Position numbers and translations under genes: made by a program. Below are positions 1 through 8,479 of a DNA stretch of 64,000 bases, one piece after another; position 1 is the stretch's first letter, and each line of letters opens with the position of its first letter. Source of the stretch: a virus; the IMG/VR virus record IMGVR_UViG_3300025849_000016, positions 32,001 to 96,000 of that record; one strand, 5' to 3'. The notes below the pieces were generated by a model. That model was not told where the DNA came from. It did no database searches and saw only the letters and a program-made list of their open reading frames with translations.

Positions 1-525
1 TTCCCATGGACTTTTAATTGCATCCGGAATATCTTCTCTAACTCTTGCATCAGACCATACTAATAATCCATCTCTCGATGCTCTAATATCATCCCATGTT
101 TTTAAATCACGTTCCCAAACATAAGACCAAGTTTTAGTAGCAGCATCATACGATACCCCTTCATTACGATACACTTCATGTGGCGGTAATGGATCGTAAT
201 CTCTAAGAGAAGTACCATCTGGTAATTCCCAAGATCTCGTCGGTGCGTTGCCGTCAAAGTCTGTAGCTATTAATGTTGCTACTAAAGGATCAACAGTTGG
301 GTCAACTTCTACTTTTATTTCAGTAGGTACAGGATTAAATGTTTCACCATCTGTTTCTACTGTTAAATAATTTCTTGGTTCTAAAGTACCGTCTAGACTA
401 TCAACAAATACCCATAATCTATCTGGACCTGTATAAGTCCACGATGCATTAGTATAATTTTCTAAATTAGGCTCACCGCGTTTGTTAGGTGTTTTATAGC
501 TAAAATTTACACTTATTGTTGTCAT
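1..525 (-). CDS. Tail-fibre assembly chaperone-like protein, 3'-truncated by window edge (paralog of 2054..2704)
   Basis: Not in the ORF track. Hand translation from ATG at 525 (AGGA upstream) is open to base 1: MTTISVNFSYKTP...TYTGPDRLWVFVD...DPLVATLI...TWDDIRASRDGLLVWSD...PWE. Collinear with 2054..2704 (TYTGPDKWYVFVD, DPVIASLL, TWDLLRAARNSALEGSD). Confidence 0.8.
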   Translation of the reverse strand, partial: MTTISVNFSYKTPNKRGEPNLENYTNASWTYTGPDRLWVFVDSLDGTLEPRNYLTVETDGETFNPVPTEIKVEVDPTVDPLVATLIATDFDGNAPTRSWELPDGTSLRDYDPLPPHEVYRNEGVSYDAATKTWSYVWERDLKTWDDIRASRDGLLVWSDARVREDIPDAIKSPWE

Positions 526-533
526 TACTAATC

Positions 534-1277
534 CTATCTAAATATTAAATATACTTGGCCGCCGGCGCCCGGTGTTCCACATTGGCTAGTACAACCGCCT
601 TGTGTATGCGATGTCATACCACCTCCGCCTGGAAATGTTCCGAAGTAACATCCTGCGCCATATCTATTCATACAGCAACCATTTTCAAACATACGTGTAT
701 GTCCTGTCATTGCAGGTCCTGGATTAACTTCATATGTGTGCTGATAACACCAATTGTTACCGAACACATATGATAAATTTCTTGGATGTATGGTACTAGT
801 TACTCCGGTACCGGCAACATTGCCGCCTGTTTCTTGACAAACACGCTGACATGTGTAGCAATTGAACCCATTACATTGCCAGTAGCCATGACATCCGCCA
901 CATGCTATAACACACCATGCACCAGGTTTACAAACATATGAGTTGTTGCCATTTTCGCAACTACTGTAGCTTCTACAACATGTTGAACCAGCTGCGCATA
1001 TAGTAACACTATCACCAGCTGAAACCGGTGCATGAAATTCTACATAACCACCTGGACTGCCACCGCAACCATATGTACAACAATAGCCACCTGCGCCAGC
1101 GCCGCCGCCTGCCCAAACTTCTCCACTTACGCCTTTAACACCAGTCGGAACTGTAAAAAGACAGCAAAAGCCGCCATTATTACCTGTATCAATGTTAGTG
1201 TTAAACACTGTTATTTCTGTAGGAGTCTGTGCGCCACCTGCATCGTATCCGTATAAATATTCTCTTAAATTAGCCAT
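534..1277 (-). CDS. Cys-rich glycine-rich-domain protein, putative tail-fibre tip adhesin
   Basis: 247 aa, about 23 Cys. NGGFCCLFTVP..V..EVWAGGGAG start and PGAGGQVYLIF end match the Gly-rich adhesin framework found in 14005..25612. Paralog of 1287..2036 and 2716..3447. Confidence 0.7.
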   Translation of the reverse strand: MANLREYLYGYDAGGAQTPTEITVFNTNIDTGNNGGFCCLFTVPTGVKGVSGEVWAGGGAGAGGYCCTYGCGGSPGGYVEFHAPVSAGDSVTICAAGSTCCRSYSSCENGNNSYVCKPGAWCVIACGGCHGYWQCNGFNCYTCQRVCQETGGNVAGTGVTSTIHPRNLSYVFGNNWCYQHTYEVNPGPAMTGHTRMFENGCCMNRYGAGCYFGTFPGGGGMTSHTQGGCTSQCGTPGAGGQVYLIFR

Positions 1278-1286
1278 TTTACATCC

Positions 1287-2036
1287 TTACTCTGAAGCAA
1301 CATACAATAATTGTACCATACCTGAACCGCCGGGAGCACCACAGTATGTACCGCTTGAACTATTACCACTCATGCCACCATGTCCTGGATAAGGTACACA
1401 GTTCCCCATAAATGCTAACCCGTGACAGTTTGCACAACCAGTCGTACTCCATATTCCTGTTGTGTGTGCATACGGTGCTCCAGGAGCAAACTGTTTAAAG
1501 TTACACTTACCGCCATATGTCCATTTTCCGTGTCCTTGTACAGGACGTATACATAATGTTGCACCAAGTATACAACCTGTTTGGCAGTTATTTAATGAAT
1601 TGCCGCATTGACAGTTGCCGTAACTGAGTGTACAACCTCCACTGCCGCCGCTTACACACAGACAGCAAGTGCTTGCTTTACACATATAAGATCCAAATCC
1701 GGTACACCCACAACATGAACTTAGACAACATGTAGTACCGCCTGCACATATAGTCCAATTGTCACCTGGAGTTACATCAAATATTTTTCTTCCGTATGCA
1801 CCTGGTCCACCGCTTCTGCCTGCGTGACAATTAGGTGCTCCAGCGCCAGAGCCGCCGCCGCCCCAGGCTTCAACACCTATCCATGTAACGTTGTCAGGCA
1901 CTGTCCATAAACAACATCTGCCGCCGTTATTTACTGCTGATGGACTACTTGCAAGTATTCGTGTAACAGTCATAGTTCCGTTAGTAGGTACATCCCCGCC
2001 GCTGCCAAATTCTAGTAATGTTCTTAAACCTGCCAT
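1287..2036 (-). CDS. Cys-rich glycine-rich-domain protein, putative adhesin
   Basis: 249 aa, about 24 Cys. NGGRCCLWTVPDNVTWIGVEAWGGGG...PGGSGMVQLLY. AAGGA SD upstream. Confidence 0.7.
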   Translation of the reverse strand: MAGLRTLLEFGSGGDVPTNGTMTVTRILASSPSAVNNGGRCCLWTVPDNVTWIGVEAWGGGGSGAGAPNCHAGRSGGPGAYGRKIFDVTPGDNWTICAGGTTCCLSSCCGCTGFGSYMCKASTCCLCVSGGSGGCTLSYGNCQCGNSLNNCQTGCILGATLCIRPVQGHGKWTYGGKCNFKQFAPGAPYAHTTGIWSTTGCANCHGLAFMGNCVPYPGHGGMSGNSSSGTYCGAPGGSGMVQLLYVASE

Positions 2037-2053
2037 TTTAAATCCTTAAATAA

Positions 2054-2704
2054 TTATGCTGAGTTTTCTGGTGATTCAGGAAATACTACTTTATGCGGAT
2101 CAACTCCTGCCCACTGTGTTGGTAATGCTCTTAGTGCTGTTCTATAAGCTACCCACGTTGCTTTTAAAGCAGATGGCATATCTTCAGCCATCATATTATC
2201 TGATCCTTCTAAAGCAGAATTTCTTGCTGCACGTAACAGATCCCAAGTAAATTCTGATTCTTTAAAACTATACGTCCACGCTCCGTCTGCATAACGCACT
2301 GTTTCAGGATCAATTATTTCTTCTGGATTTTGAGGCCAGTCGTAGCTATATGTTGCTGTAGTGTCATCGGCTAATGTAATTGTTTCAGATACTGTTTCTC
2401 TTGCAGTTTGTTGTGTATATCCGCTAATATCTAATAAAGATGCTATTACTGGATCGTCATTAGAGTTTACAATTACCTTTACAGCACCACCTGGTGTGCC
2501 TATATCTGCTCCGTCGTTTTCGTCTGTTAATGTCGGCCACATGCCTTGTGATAGTATTCCTGTTGTTTCGTCTACAAATACATACCATTTATCTGGTCCT
2601 GTATAAGTTGCATTAACTGTTACATTGTTGCTAGTAGATGTGCTATATTGCTCATCTGGAGCAGTAAATGTAAATGCTTTAGTTATGATATTATTGTTTG
2701 GCAT
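2054..2704 (-). CDS. Tail-fibre assembly chaperone-like protein with N-terminal extension
   Basis: C-terminus WDLLRAARNSALEGSD...W..YRTALRALP...VVFPESP matches the phage tail assembly chaperone (Tfa-like) pattern. Lies among adhesin genes. Confidence 0.75.
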   Translation of the reverse strand: MPNNNIITKAFTFTAPDEQYSTSTSNNVTVNATYTGPDKWYVFVDETTGILSQGMWPTLTDENDGADIGTPGGAVKVIVNSNDDPVIASLLDISGYTQQTARETVSETITLADDTTATYSYDWPQNPEEIIDPETVRYADGAWTYSFKESEFTWDLLRAARNSALEGSDNMMAEDMPSALKATWVAYRTALRALPTQWAGVDPHKVVFPESPENSA

Positions 2705-2715
2705 TTTTTCTTTCC

Positions 2716-3447
2716 TTATGCAAATGACACTCTAATTACTCCGCCCATTCCTGGAGTACCACAACGGCAAACTCCTGAACATGTTATAGCGTTTGATCCA
2801 GGACCTGCTGGAAAGTGTCCGTATCCAAAGCAGCAAGCATTACAATATGTTGTATTCAGGCAAGTTGATCTTGTAGCATTAAAAGTACCTAATTGATAAG
2901 CACCTCCCATGATCCATTTTTGTGTGTTCATACAACTTCCTTCTGAATGAGTTGTGCCTCTGATTCCCGGCATACACCAGTCACCAGCTGTCTGTTTACA
3001 CACAACACATCCAGAACAGCAAGTAGGTACAGCTAATGTAAAACACGATGTTCTACCTGGTTCACCAGATGGTGCGCATGTTGTTGCTATTCCTGATCCT
3101 GATACAAATGTAGTTTGTCCAGCTGAGCCGCCGCAGCTACTTTGACAACACCCGCTACCTGCTGCACAAAGCGTATATGTACAGCCTGCTTGTGTTGTTA
3201 CAGTACGCATTGCATACATACCGCCTGATCCTGTATATACCGGAGCTTGACAACATCTTGCTGCTGGGCCATCAGCTCCTGATCCCCATAATTCAAATGT
3301 TACTTGTGTTACTCCGTCTGGCACAGTCCATAAGCAACACCGACCACCATTGGTAACGCCCCTAGTGTCGTTTGATATTACTATACTATTGACCCCGGGG
3401 TTAGTTTGTGGAGCTAGATCTGATTTTAAACTGCTTAAACTTGCCAT
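2716..3447 (-). CDS. Cys-rich glycine-rich-domain protein, putative adhesin
   Basis: 243 aa, about 24 Cys. NGGRCCLWTVPDGVTQVTFELWGSG...CGTPGMGGVIRVSF. Confidence 0.7.
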   Translation of the reverse strand: MASLSSLKSDLAPQTNPGVNSIVISNDTRGVTNGGRCCLWTVPDGVTQVTFELWGSGADGPAARCCQAPVYTGSGGMYAMRTVTTQAGCTYTLCAAGSGCCQSSCGGSAGQTTFVSGSGIATTCAPSGEPGRTSCFTLAVPTCCSGCVVCKQTAGDWCMPGIRGTTHSEGSCMNTQKWIMGGAYQLGTFNATRSTCLNTTYCNACCFGYGHFPAGPGSNAITCSGVCRCGTPGMGGVIRVSFA

Positions 3448-3462
3448 TGTATTTTCCTAAAA

Positions 3463-3795
3463 TTACGATCCTGCTAAGACCCATCCATATGTTGCGCCAC
3501 TATATACTAATGTAGCTGAACTATTTCCGATATCTAATGCTAAATCTTCAGCTAACCCGTGTATGTTATGCCCGTTTCTTGCTAATGTACAATTGTTAGT
3601 ACCAAAGTTTCCAGCAACATCAATAAATTGAATAGTATCATTTATTAGTGTTGTTGCTGTACTCGGTAGTGTAACTGTAACTGCTACTGACGAAGTGTCA
3701 ATAAGTAGACGTTCATTTGCTACTGCGGTTGTGTTTCCGGATATTGCACGTACTGTAGTGCTTGCCGAACCTGTTGTTGTAATGTATCTTGCCAT
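3463..3795 (-). CDS. Stand-alone T4 gp34-N-terminal-type repeat domain protein (fibre adaptor)
   Basis: IDTS..AVTVTLP....NDTIQFID..GNF.TNNCTL.RNG..I.G..EDL.LD......LVY.....GW. The same domain ends 25612..26571. Confidence 0.65.
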   Translation of the reverse strand: MARYITTTGSASTTVRAISGNTTAVANERLLIDTSSVAVTVTLPSTATTLINDTIQFIDVAGNFGTNNCTLARNGHNIHGLAEDLALDIGNSSATLVYSGATYGWVLAGS

Positions 3796-3814
3796 TTCTA
3801 TTCCTTACTACATG

Positions 3815-3822
3815 TATTTATC
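3815..3822 (-). promoter_or_regulatory. T4-like late promoter core GATAAATA
   Basis: Overlaps the TGA of 3821..4147, about 20 nt upstream of the 3795 start. The motif recurs in seven intergenic gaps. Confidence 0.75.
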
Positions 3823-4147
3823 AAGATGAAGGTAATGGTGTTTCAACACCAAATCCCACTGCACTTACGTTAGCTGAGTTTGCACGTACAACTAACTTTT
3901 GGGCAGCACCCAATGCAATGCCCGTTCTCTCCAAAACTCCTTTTGGAGGTATTTCTGTTTCATACTCTATATACTCGCTTGCTGTAGGCACGTCTGCGTC
4001 TGAAACAGATAATCTAATTGTTATAGTTTGGTTTCCTCTGTTACAAAACGATACACTAGCAATAGTAAATGTCTGTGCTGGCACAGTATATAGTGTTGTG
4101 TCTGTTGAAGCGCTTAAATCGTTTGCGCCTAATCTTCCCGATGCCAT
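3821..4147 (-). CDS. Small (~110 aa) beta-rich virion protein of unknown function
   Basis: LYTVPA...IASVSFCN...IRL...EIPP...LE...LGA.QKLVV. Paralog of 27077..27406 and 63568..63906. Confidence 0.7.
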   Translation of the reverse strand: MASGRLGANDLSASTDTTLYTVPAQTFTIASVSFCNRGNQTITIRLSVSDADVPTASEYIEYETEIPPKGVLERTGIALGAAQKLVVRANSANVSAVGFGVETPLPSS

Positions 4148-4162
4148 ATTTCTTTCCTTTAT

Positions 4163-7100
4163 CTATGCGTTTAAAAAGTACTGTAACGCTAATGGTGTTC
4201 CAGATACCCCTTGGGCGAAGTTTGTTGTTGCTCCTACAATAATTGTAGAATTATCAGTTGTGGAAATAGTATTTCCTGTAATTTGTATATTACCTGCAAT
4301 TAAAGTATTAACATTTAGAGTAGCACCACCGCCACCAATTTGTGCATTAATATACGTTCTAATAGCTCGTTGTGTTGGAACAATATTATCACTATCAGCT
4401 GCAAAAGTACCGTCGGTACTAAATTCTCTAATTGTAGCACTTGTTCCGCCTAAGCTAACACTACCAAGTTGTAGTTCTTGTAGTCCGCTAACACTAAAGT
4501 TATCAGCATCTAGTGTAGCAGTACCTGTTGCTTGTTCAACTGTAAATAAGTCACCAACTCTAAAGTTACCATCTTGGTCAGTTGATGTATAGAACACTCG
4601 ACCTCCGCCATTTTCTTTAATTTCGTTTTGTGAGTTAGGACTATTGCTCGGTATTCCTGGATAATTAGTTTCTGTAAAATTTCCTGTACCAATATCTAGG
4701 AAGTCATGACCTGTTAATCGCACCTGTGAGTAGCGTATTCTTAATGTTACTTGCGCAGCGTGTGCTGGTTCTAAATCTACTTCAATATCTGGACTTACTT
4801 GTAATCTAGCAGCATACGGCCCAGATCCTGTAAGTTCAAAAACTTCGACAAGTTTATAAATTGTTGGATCGCCTGCAATTTGTACATTTGATCCTGGAAG
4901 AGGTTCTTCTATTGATCCTTCTACATATAGATACTTACCACTTTGTTTAACATCAGCATAACCGTCGCCGTCGATTGATGTACTACAAGATTCATAACCT
5001 GTTCCTCGATTACTAAATGTCGGAGCAGTCAAAACACCGTCGCCTATTCTAACTTCAAGTGGAGCATCTACAGTATTAATTGGATCAGTAATTGTTACTG
5101 TTGGTGGATTAATTGGATCGTATCCTGATCCAGTTTCAAATAAAGATATTTGAAATATTTTTCCGCTTGCAACTTTTACTCTACCTCTTGCAGTTGTTCC
5201 AGATACTGGATCACCAATAACTATCCTAGGTTCGACTTTGTATTGAGATGTTTGGTCTAATGTAGTTTCGATTGCTGTTCCGGGCACAAGATGATCCCAT
5301 CCGCTTGAATCGTCACTCATTTTCTTAATTGTTGCAAGTTTTGTACCAGCATTGTACGTATCAATATATCCATATTGTCCTACGCCTAAACCGTCTTCTA
5401 TATATACTGCCATGCCAATATAATCTGAACTATTAGCTGTATCTGTTGCTGATAAATTTATTGTAGTACTTGTACCTGCTTGAGCATTATTAATTGATGT
5501 TTGATAATCTTCGCCCCCATATTGTCCAGCAGTGTTTAATAATCTAATTTCAAAAATGCCGCCATCATTTACATTTACAGTACCTACCGCAGCATCAATG
5601 CCCTCACCAATAAATGTATAAGTTGCAGTTGTATATGATACACCAGCATTTGCATATTCTAATGCTAATACTCGATCACCATCTGTGATTGTATTTGCTA
5701 TAATTGCTTCAGCATAATAGTTATTAACTGTACTTGTATTTGGAGTTTCTGTTGAATCAATACCTTCAGCAACTGATCCAAAGTCTCCGTAAGAGTTGTT
5801 ACCATTTGTAGCACGAATCTTACCACCGTCTTCTGCTAGGTAACCAATATGGTTATAGTATGTAAACACACTAACAAGTTCTGATCTACCTAAGTTTGTA
5901 ACCCAGTAACCGATACCGTCACTTAAAATTTGTGTAAAGTCGTTAGCAACAATACTGTCGTTTCCGCCGTCATGTAATGCACCGTCAACTTTTAATCCAA
6001 TGCACCCGTTGCCAAATGTTGATACATTTTGAATATATGGTGATTTACTATGTATCCATGCTAACCTATCTGTTGAGTCTTCGCCTGGGTCTAATGATAC
6101 ATACGCACCAGCAGTCGGACGACTAGTTCCATATGAATTTGCTCCAGTTAGTGTACCATTTAGTCCAGAAAGAGAAACATTTCTTATACCACAGCCGTTA
6201 CGTACATAAAACATGTTTGATGTTTCAAAACCTGTGTCTGGTTTAATTCTAACTGAACGTAGTTCGTCACCTACAAGTGCAGTATGTGCAGGTATTGATA
6301 TAGGTAATGTTTCTAAATATTCACCTGTTTTAATAAACACTGTTGTATTTACAACTTGTTCTGCAGGTAAACTATTTAAATTACCAGCAGTAATTGAAGC
6401 TGTAATAAGTCCTACTAACGTATCATAAGTTGCTTCTGCATCTGCTTCTTCTGTTTTAGTGCCATCAATTGTTTGTGTGACAGGTGTTACAACACTGTTT
6501 TCAGTTTGATAGTTTGTAGCCGGAGCAACATTACTTAACACTGCATCAACAACTTCTAAACTATAATTTATAGATGCTACTGTTTCAGTTTCTTGTCCGG
6601 TGATATAACTTGCACCTGCTTCGGTAAAATATGATTGTGCTGTTTTTCTTGTTTCAACATTTCCGCCATGTGATATATCATATCCTACTGCTTTTACAAT
6701 CTTTTTCATATCACGTAAGCACAGAGCTTTATCATATGTAAATCCGCCTGTAAATGGTGCAATAGCATTTGCAATTTGATAATCAGTCCATTCAACAACT
6801 TCTGCAGCAATAAAATCTATGTTTGCATCTAATAATGCCTTTGCATTATGACGCTGTGTTGACTGTAAAATATAGTCCATGCAATATTTTACAGTTAAAA
6901 ACGGTCTATCTAAAGTAGTTCCGTAACCAGATGCATTAACTCCGCTTGGTGAAACATAAAATACATTATTTACAAAACCAAAGTCAATCCATTCCGGTGC
7001 AGTAGCAGAAGAGTTAACAGCTAAAACTTGCCCTGGAGATCCGATAGGTAATCTAGCTGGACCAGATCCTGCAAAATAAAGTATGTCGCCGTCAGTAGTT

Positions 7101-8425
7101 AATGAATTTTCTTCAGCAGTTGCACTTACAATATTCCAATATGTACCTAATGTGTCTAAATCTGGTCTGTTTGAAGCATCATCTGCTGTATGTGCTAACA
7201 TGCATATATATGCATTGTTACTATAACTAACAACATCACCTAAAGCATAAGTTGATGCATCTGTCCAAGTAGCTTGCCAAGAAAATCCTTCATTAAGTTT
7301 ATCCCAATAACTTACGTTAGGCGGAGTATTTGCTGTGTTATCTGCATTACATACATATGTATATCCGTTTAATCTTACTACATCTCCAACTTTATATGCT
7401 GTAACATTAGACCAATCACCTTGTAAATTAAAACCAGTTATAAAAAGATCCCAGTCAGTAGGGGAAGTTGAAGGAACAGAATTACTATGATCTGTTTTAG
7501 AAATATATGTATAACCACCATATGTTACAATATCACCTGGTTGATAAGTTGTACTGTTACTCCAAGTGTCTTCAAATTCTAAACCAGGTAAATAAACATT
7601 CCAATTAGAAGTATCTGAAGCAAAAGTTGATGTTGAAGTATGTTCGGCAATTGAAATATATAAGCTCGGACCGTTTTTAACGATGTCGTTAACTGTGTAT
7701 CTTGTAGATGGTGCCCAATTTGCCCTATAGTTAGTGCCATCATATAATAGATTCCAATTTAATATGTCTGTTTCTAATCCGTCTGCATCTGTAGCTGTCG
7801 AAGTGTGACCAGTTGCACAAAAATAGATTCTTCCAAAATAGTTTACAATATCATAATTTTTATATCTAGTACTTGTTGACCAATTGCCTTTCCAAGATAG
7901 CCCTTCAGAAAATAGATTCCATGATACTTGATCTAATTCTAATCCATCAACAACAGTTGCCGCACTAGTATGTGCTGTTTGACATATGTAAGTAGCTGTT
8001 CCATATTTTACAATATCATTAACTTTATATTTGGTATTTGTGCTCCAAGCACCTGCATAGTTTAGTCCTTCAGCAAACAAATCCCAATTTGCAATATTAC
8101 CTTCAAGACCCACTAACGCATCGGCATTAGATGTATGTCCTGTGTTACATATATACAAGAAGCCGCCGTTTTTAACAATGTCATTTACTTTATAATATGT
8201 TGCAACAGCCCAAGCGCCGCGCCAAGCTAATCCGTCACCAAATTGTTCCCATTTAGGTTGTACATCATTAAGATCTGTTTCTAAATCAGCTTGTGAAGTA
8301 TGTGCAAGAATTGCAATAAATGTTTTACCGCCGTAAGACACAATGTCGTCGCGGACATATTGAGTACCTGTGGTCCAAGTACCTTTCCAGATAAATCTGA
8401 TTCTACCAAGTTTAAATTCGGCCAT
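4163..8425 (-). CDS. Tail spike/fibre: 8 CBM5/12-like repeats, beta-helix domain, helical CxRD insert
   Basis: Eight W.G.W...T.Y...D.V repeats (~7130-8390). FYVSPSG...PFLTVK and KTGEYLE.LPI..P....LVGDELRSV form a pectin-lyase-like beta-helix cap. C-terminal GRVFYTSTDQDGNFRVG. Paralog of 8480..13603. Confidence 0.8.
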   Translation of the reverse strand: MAEFKLGRIRFIWKGTWTTGTQYVRDDIVSYGGKTFIAILAHTSQADLETDLNDVQPKWEQFGDGLAWRGAWAVATYYKVNDIVKNGGFLYICNTGHTSNADALVGLEGNIANWDLFAEGLNYAGAWSTNTKYKVNDIVKYGTATYICQTAHTSAATVVDGLELDQVSWNLFSEGLSWKGNWSTSTRYKNYDIVNYFGRIYFCATGHTSTATDADGLETDILNWNLLYDGTNYRANWAPSTRYTVNDIVKNGPSLYISIAEHTSTSTFASDTSNWNVYLPGLEFEDTWSNSTTYQPGDIVTYGGYTYISKTDHSNSVPSTSPTDWDLFITGFNLQGDWSNVTAYKVGDVVRLNGYTYVCNADNTANTPPNVSYWDKLNEGFSWQATWTDASTYALGDVVSYSNNAYICMLAHTADDASNRPDLDTLGTYWNIVSATAEENSLTTDGDILYFAGSGPARLPIGSPGQVLAVNSSATAPEWIDFGFVNNVFYVSPSGVNASGYGTTLDRPFLTVKYCMDYILQSTQRHNAKALLDANIDFIAAEVVEWTDYQIANAIAPFTGGFTYDKALCLRDMKKIVKAVGYDISHGGNVETRKTAQSYFTEAGASYITGQETETVASINYSLEVVDAVLSNVAPATNYQTENSVVTPVTQTIDGTKTEEADAEATYDTLVGLITASITAGNLNSLPAEQVVNTTVFIKTGEYLETLPISIPAHTALVGDELRSVRIKPDTGFETSNMFYVRNGCGIRNVSLSGLNGTLTGANSYGTSRPTAGAYVSLDPGEDSTDRLAWIHSKSPYIQNVSTFGNGCIGLKVDGALHDGGNDSIVANDFTQILSDGIGYWVTNLGRSELVSVFTYYNHIGYLAEDGGKIRATNGNNSYGDFGSVAEGIDSTETPNTSTVNNYYAEAIIANTITDGDRVLALEYANAGVSYTTATYTFIGEGIDAAVGTVNVNDGGIFEIRLLNTAGQYGGEDYQTSINNAQAGTSTTINLSATDTANSSDYIGMAVYIEDGLGVGQYGYIDTYNAGTKLATIKKMSDDSSGWDHLVPGTAIETTLDQTSQYKVEPRIVIGDPVSGTTARGRVKVASGKIFQISLFETGSGYDPINPPTVTITDPINTVDAPLEVRIGDGVLTAPTFSNRGTGYESCSTSIDGDGYADVKQSGKYLYVEGSIEEPLPGSNVQIAGDPTIYKLVEVFELTGSGPYAARLQVSPDIEVDLEPAHAAQVTLRIRYSQVRLTGHDFLDIGTGNFTETNYPGIPSNSPNSQNEIKENGGGRVFYTSTDQDGNFRVGDLFTVEQATGTATLDADNFSVSGLQELQLGSVSLGGTSATIREFSTDGTFAADSDNIVPTQRAIRTYINAQIGGGGATLNVNTLIAGNIQITGNTISTTDNSTIIVGATTNFAQGVSGTPLALQYFLNA

Positions 8426-8428
8426 TTC

Positions 8429-8443
8429 GGTTCACTCTCCCCT
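8429..8443 (-). promoter_or_regulatory. Conserved 15-nt leader element AGGGGAGAGTGAACC (copy 1), contains the SD
   Basis: Identical to 33818..33832. Lies 3 nt before the ATG and 17 nt after a late promoter. Confidence 0.7.
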
Positions 8444-8460
8444 TTAGGCGTTGCTAATAT

Positions 8461-8468
8461 TATTTATC
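8461..8468 (-). promoter_or_regulatory. T4-like late promoter core GATAAATA
   Basis: Intergenic, upstream of 4163..8425. Confidence 0.75.
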
Positions 8469-8479
8469 CATATAAAACA

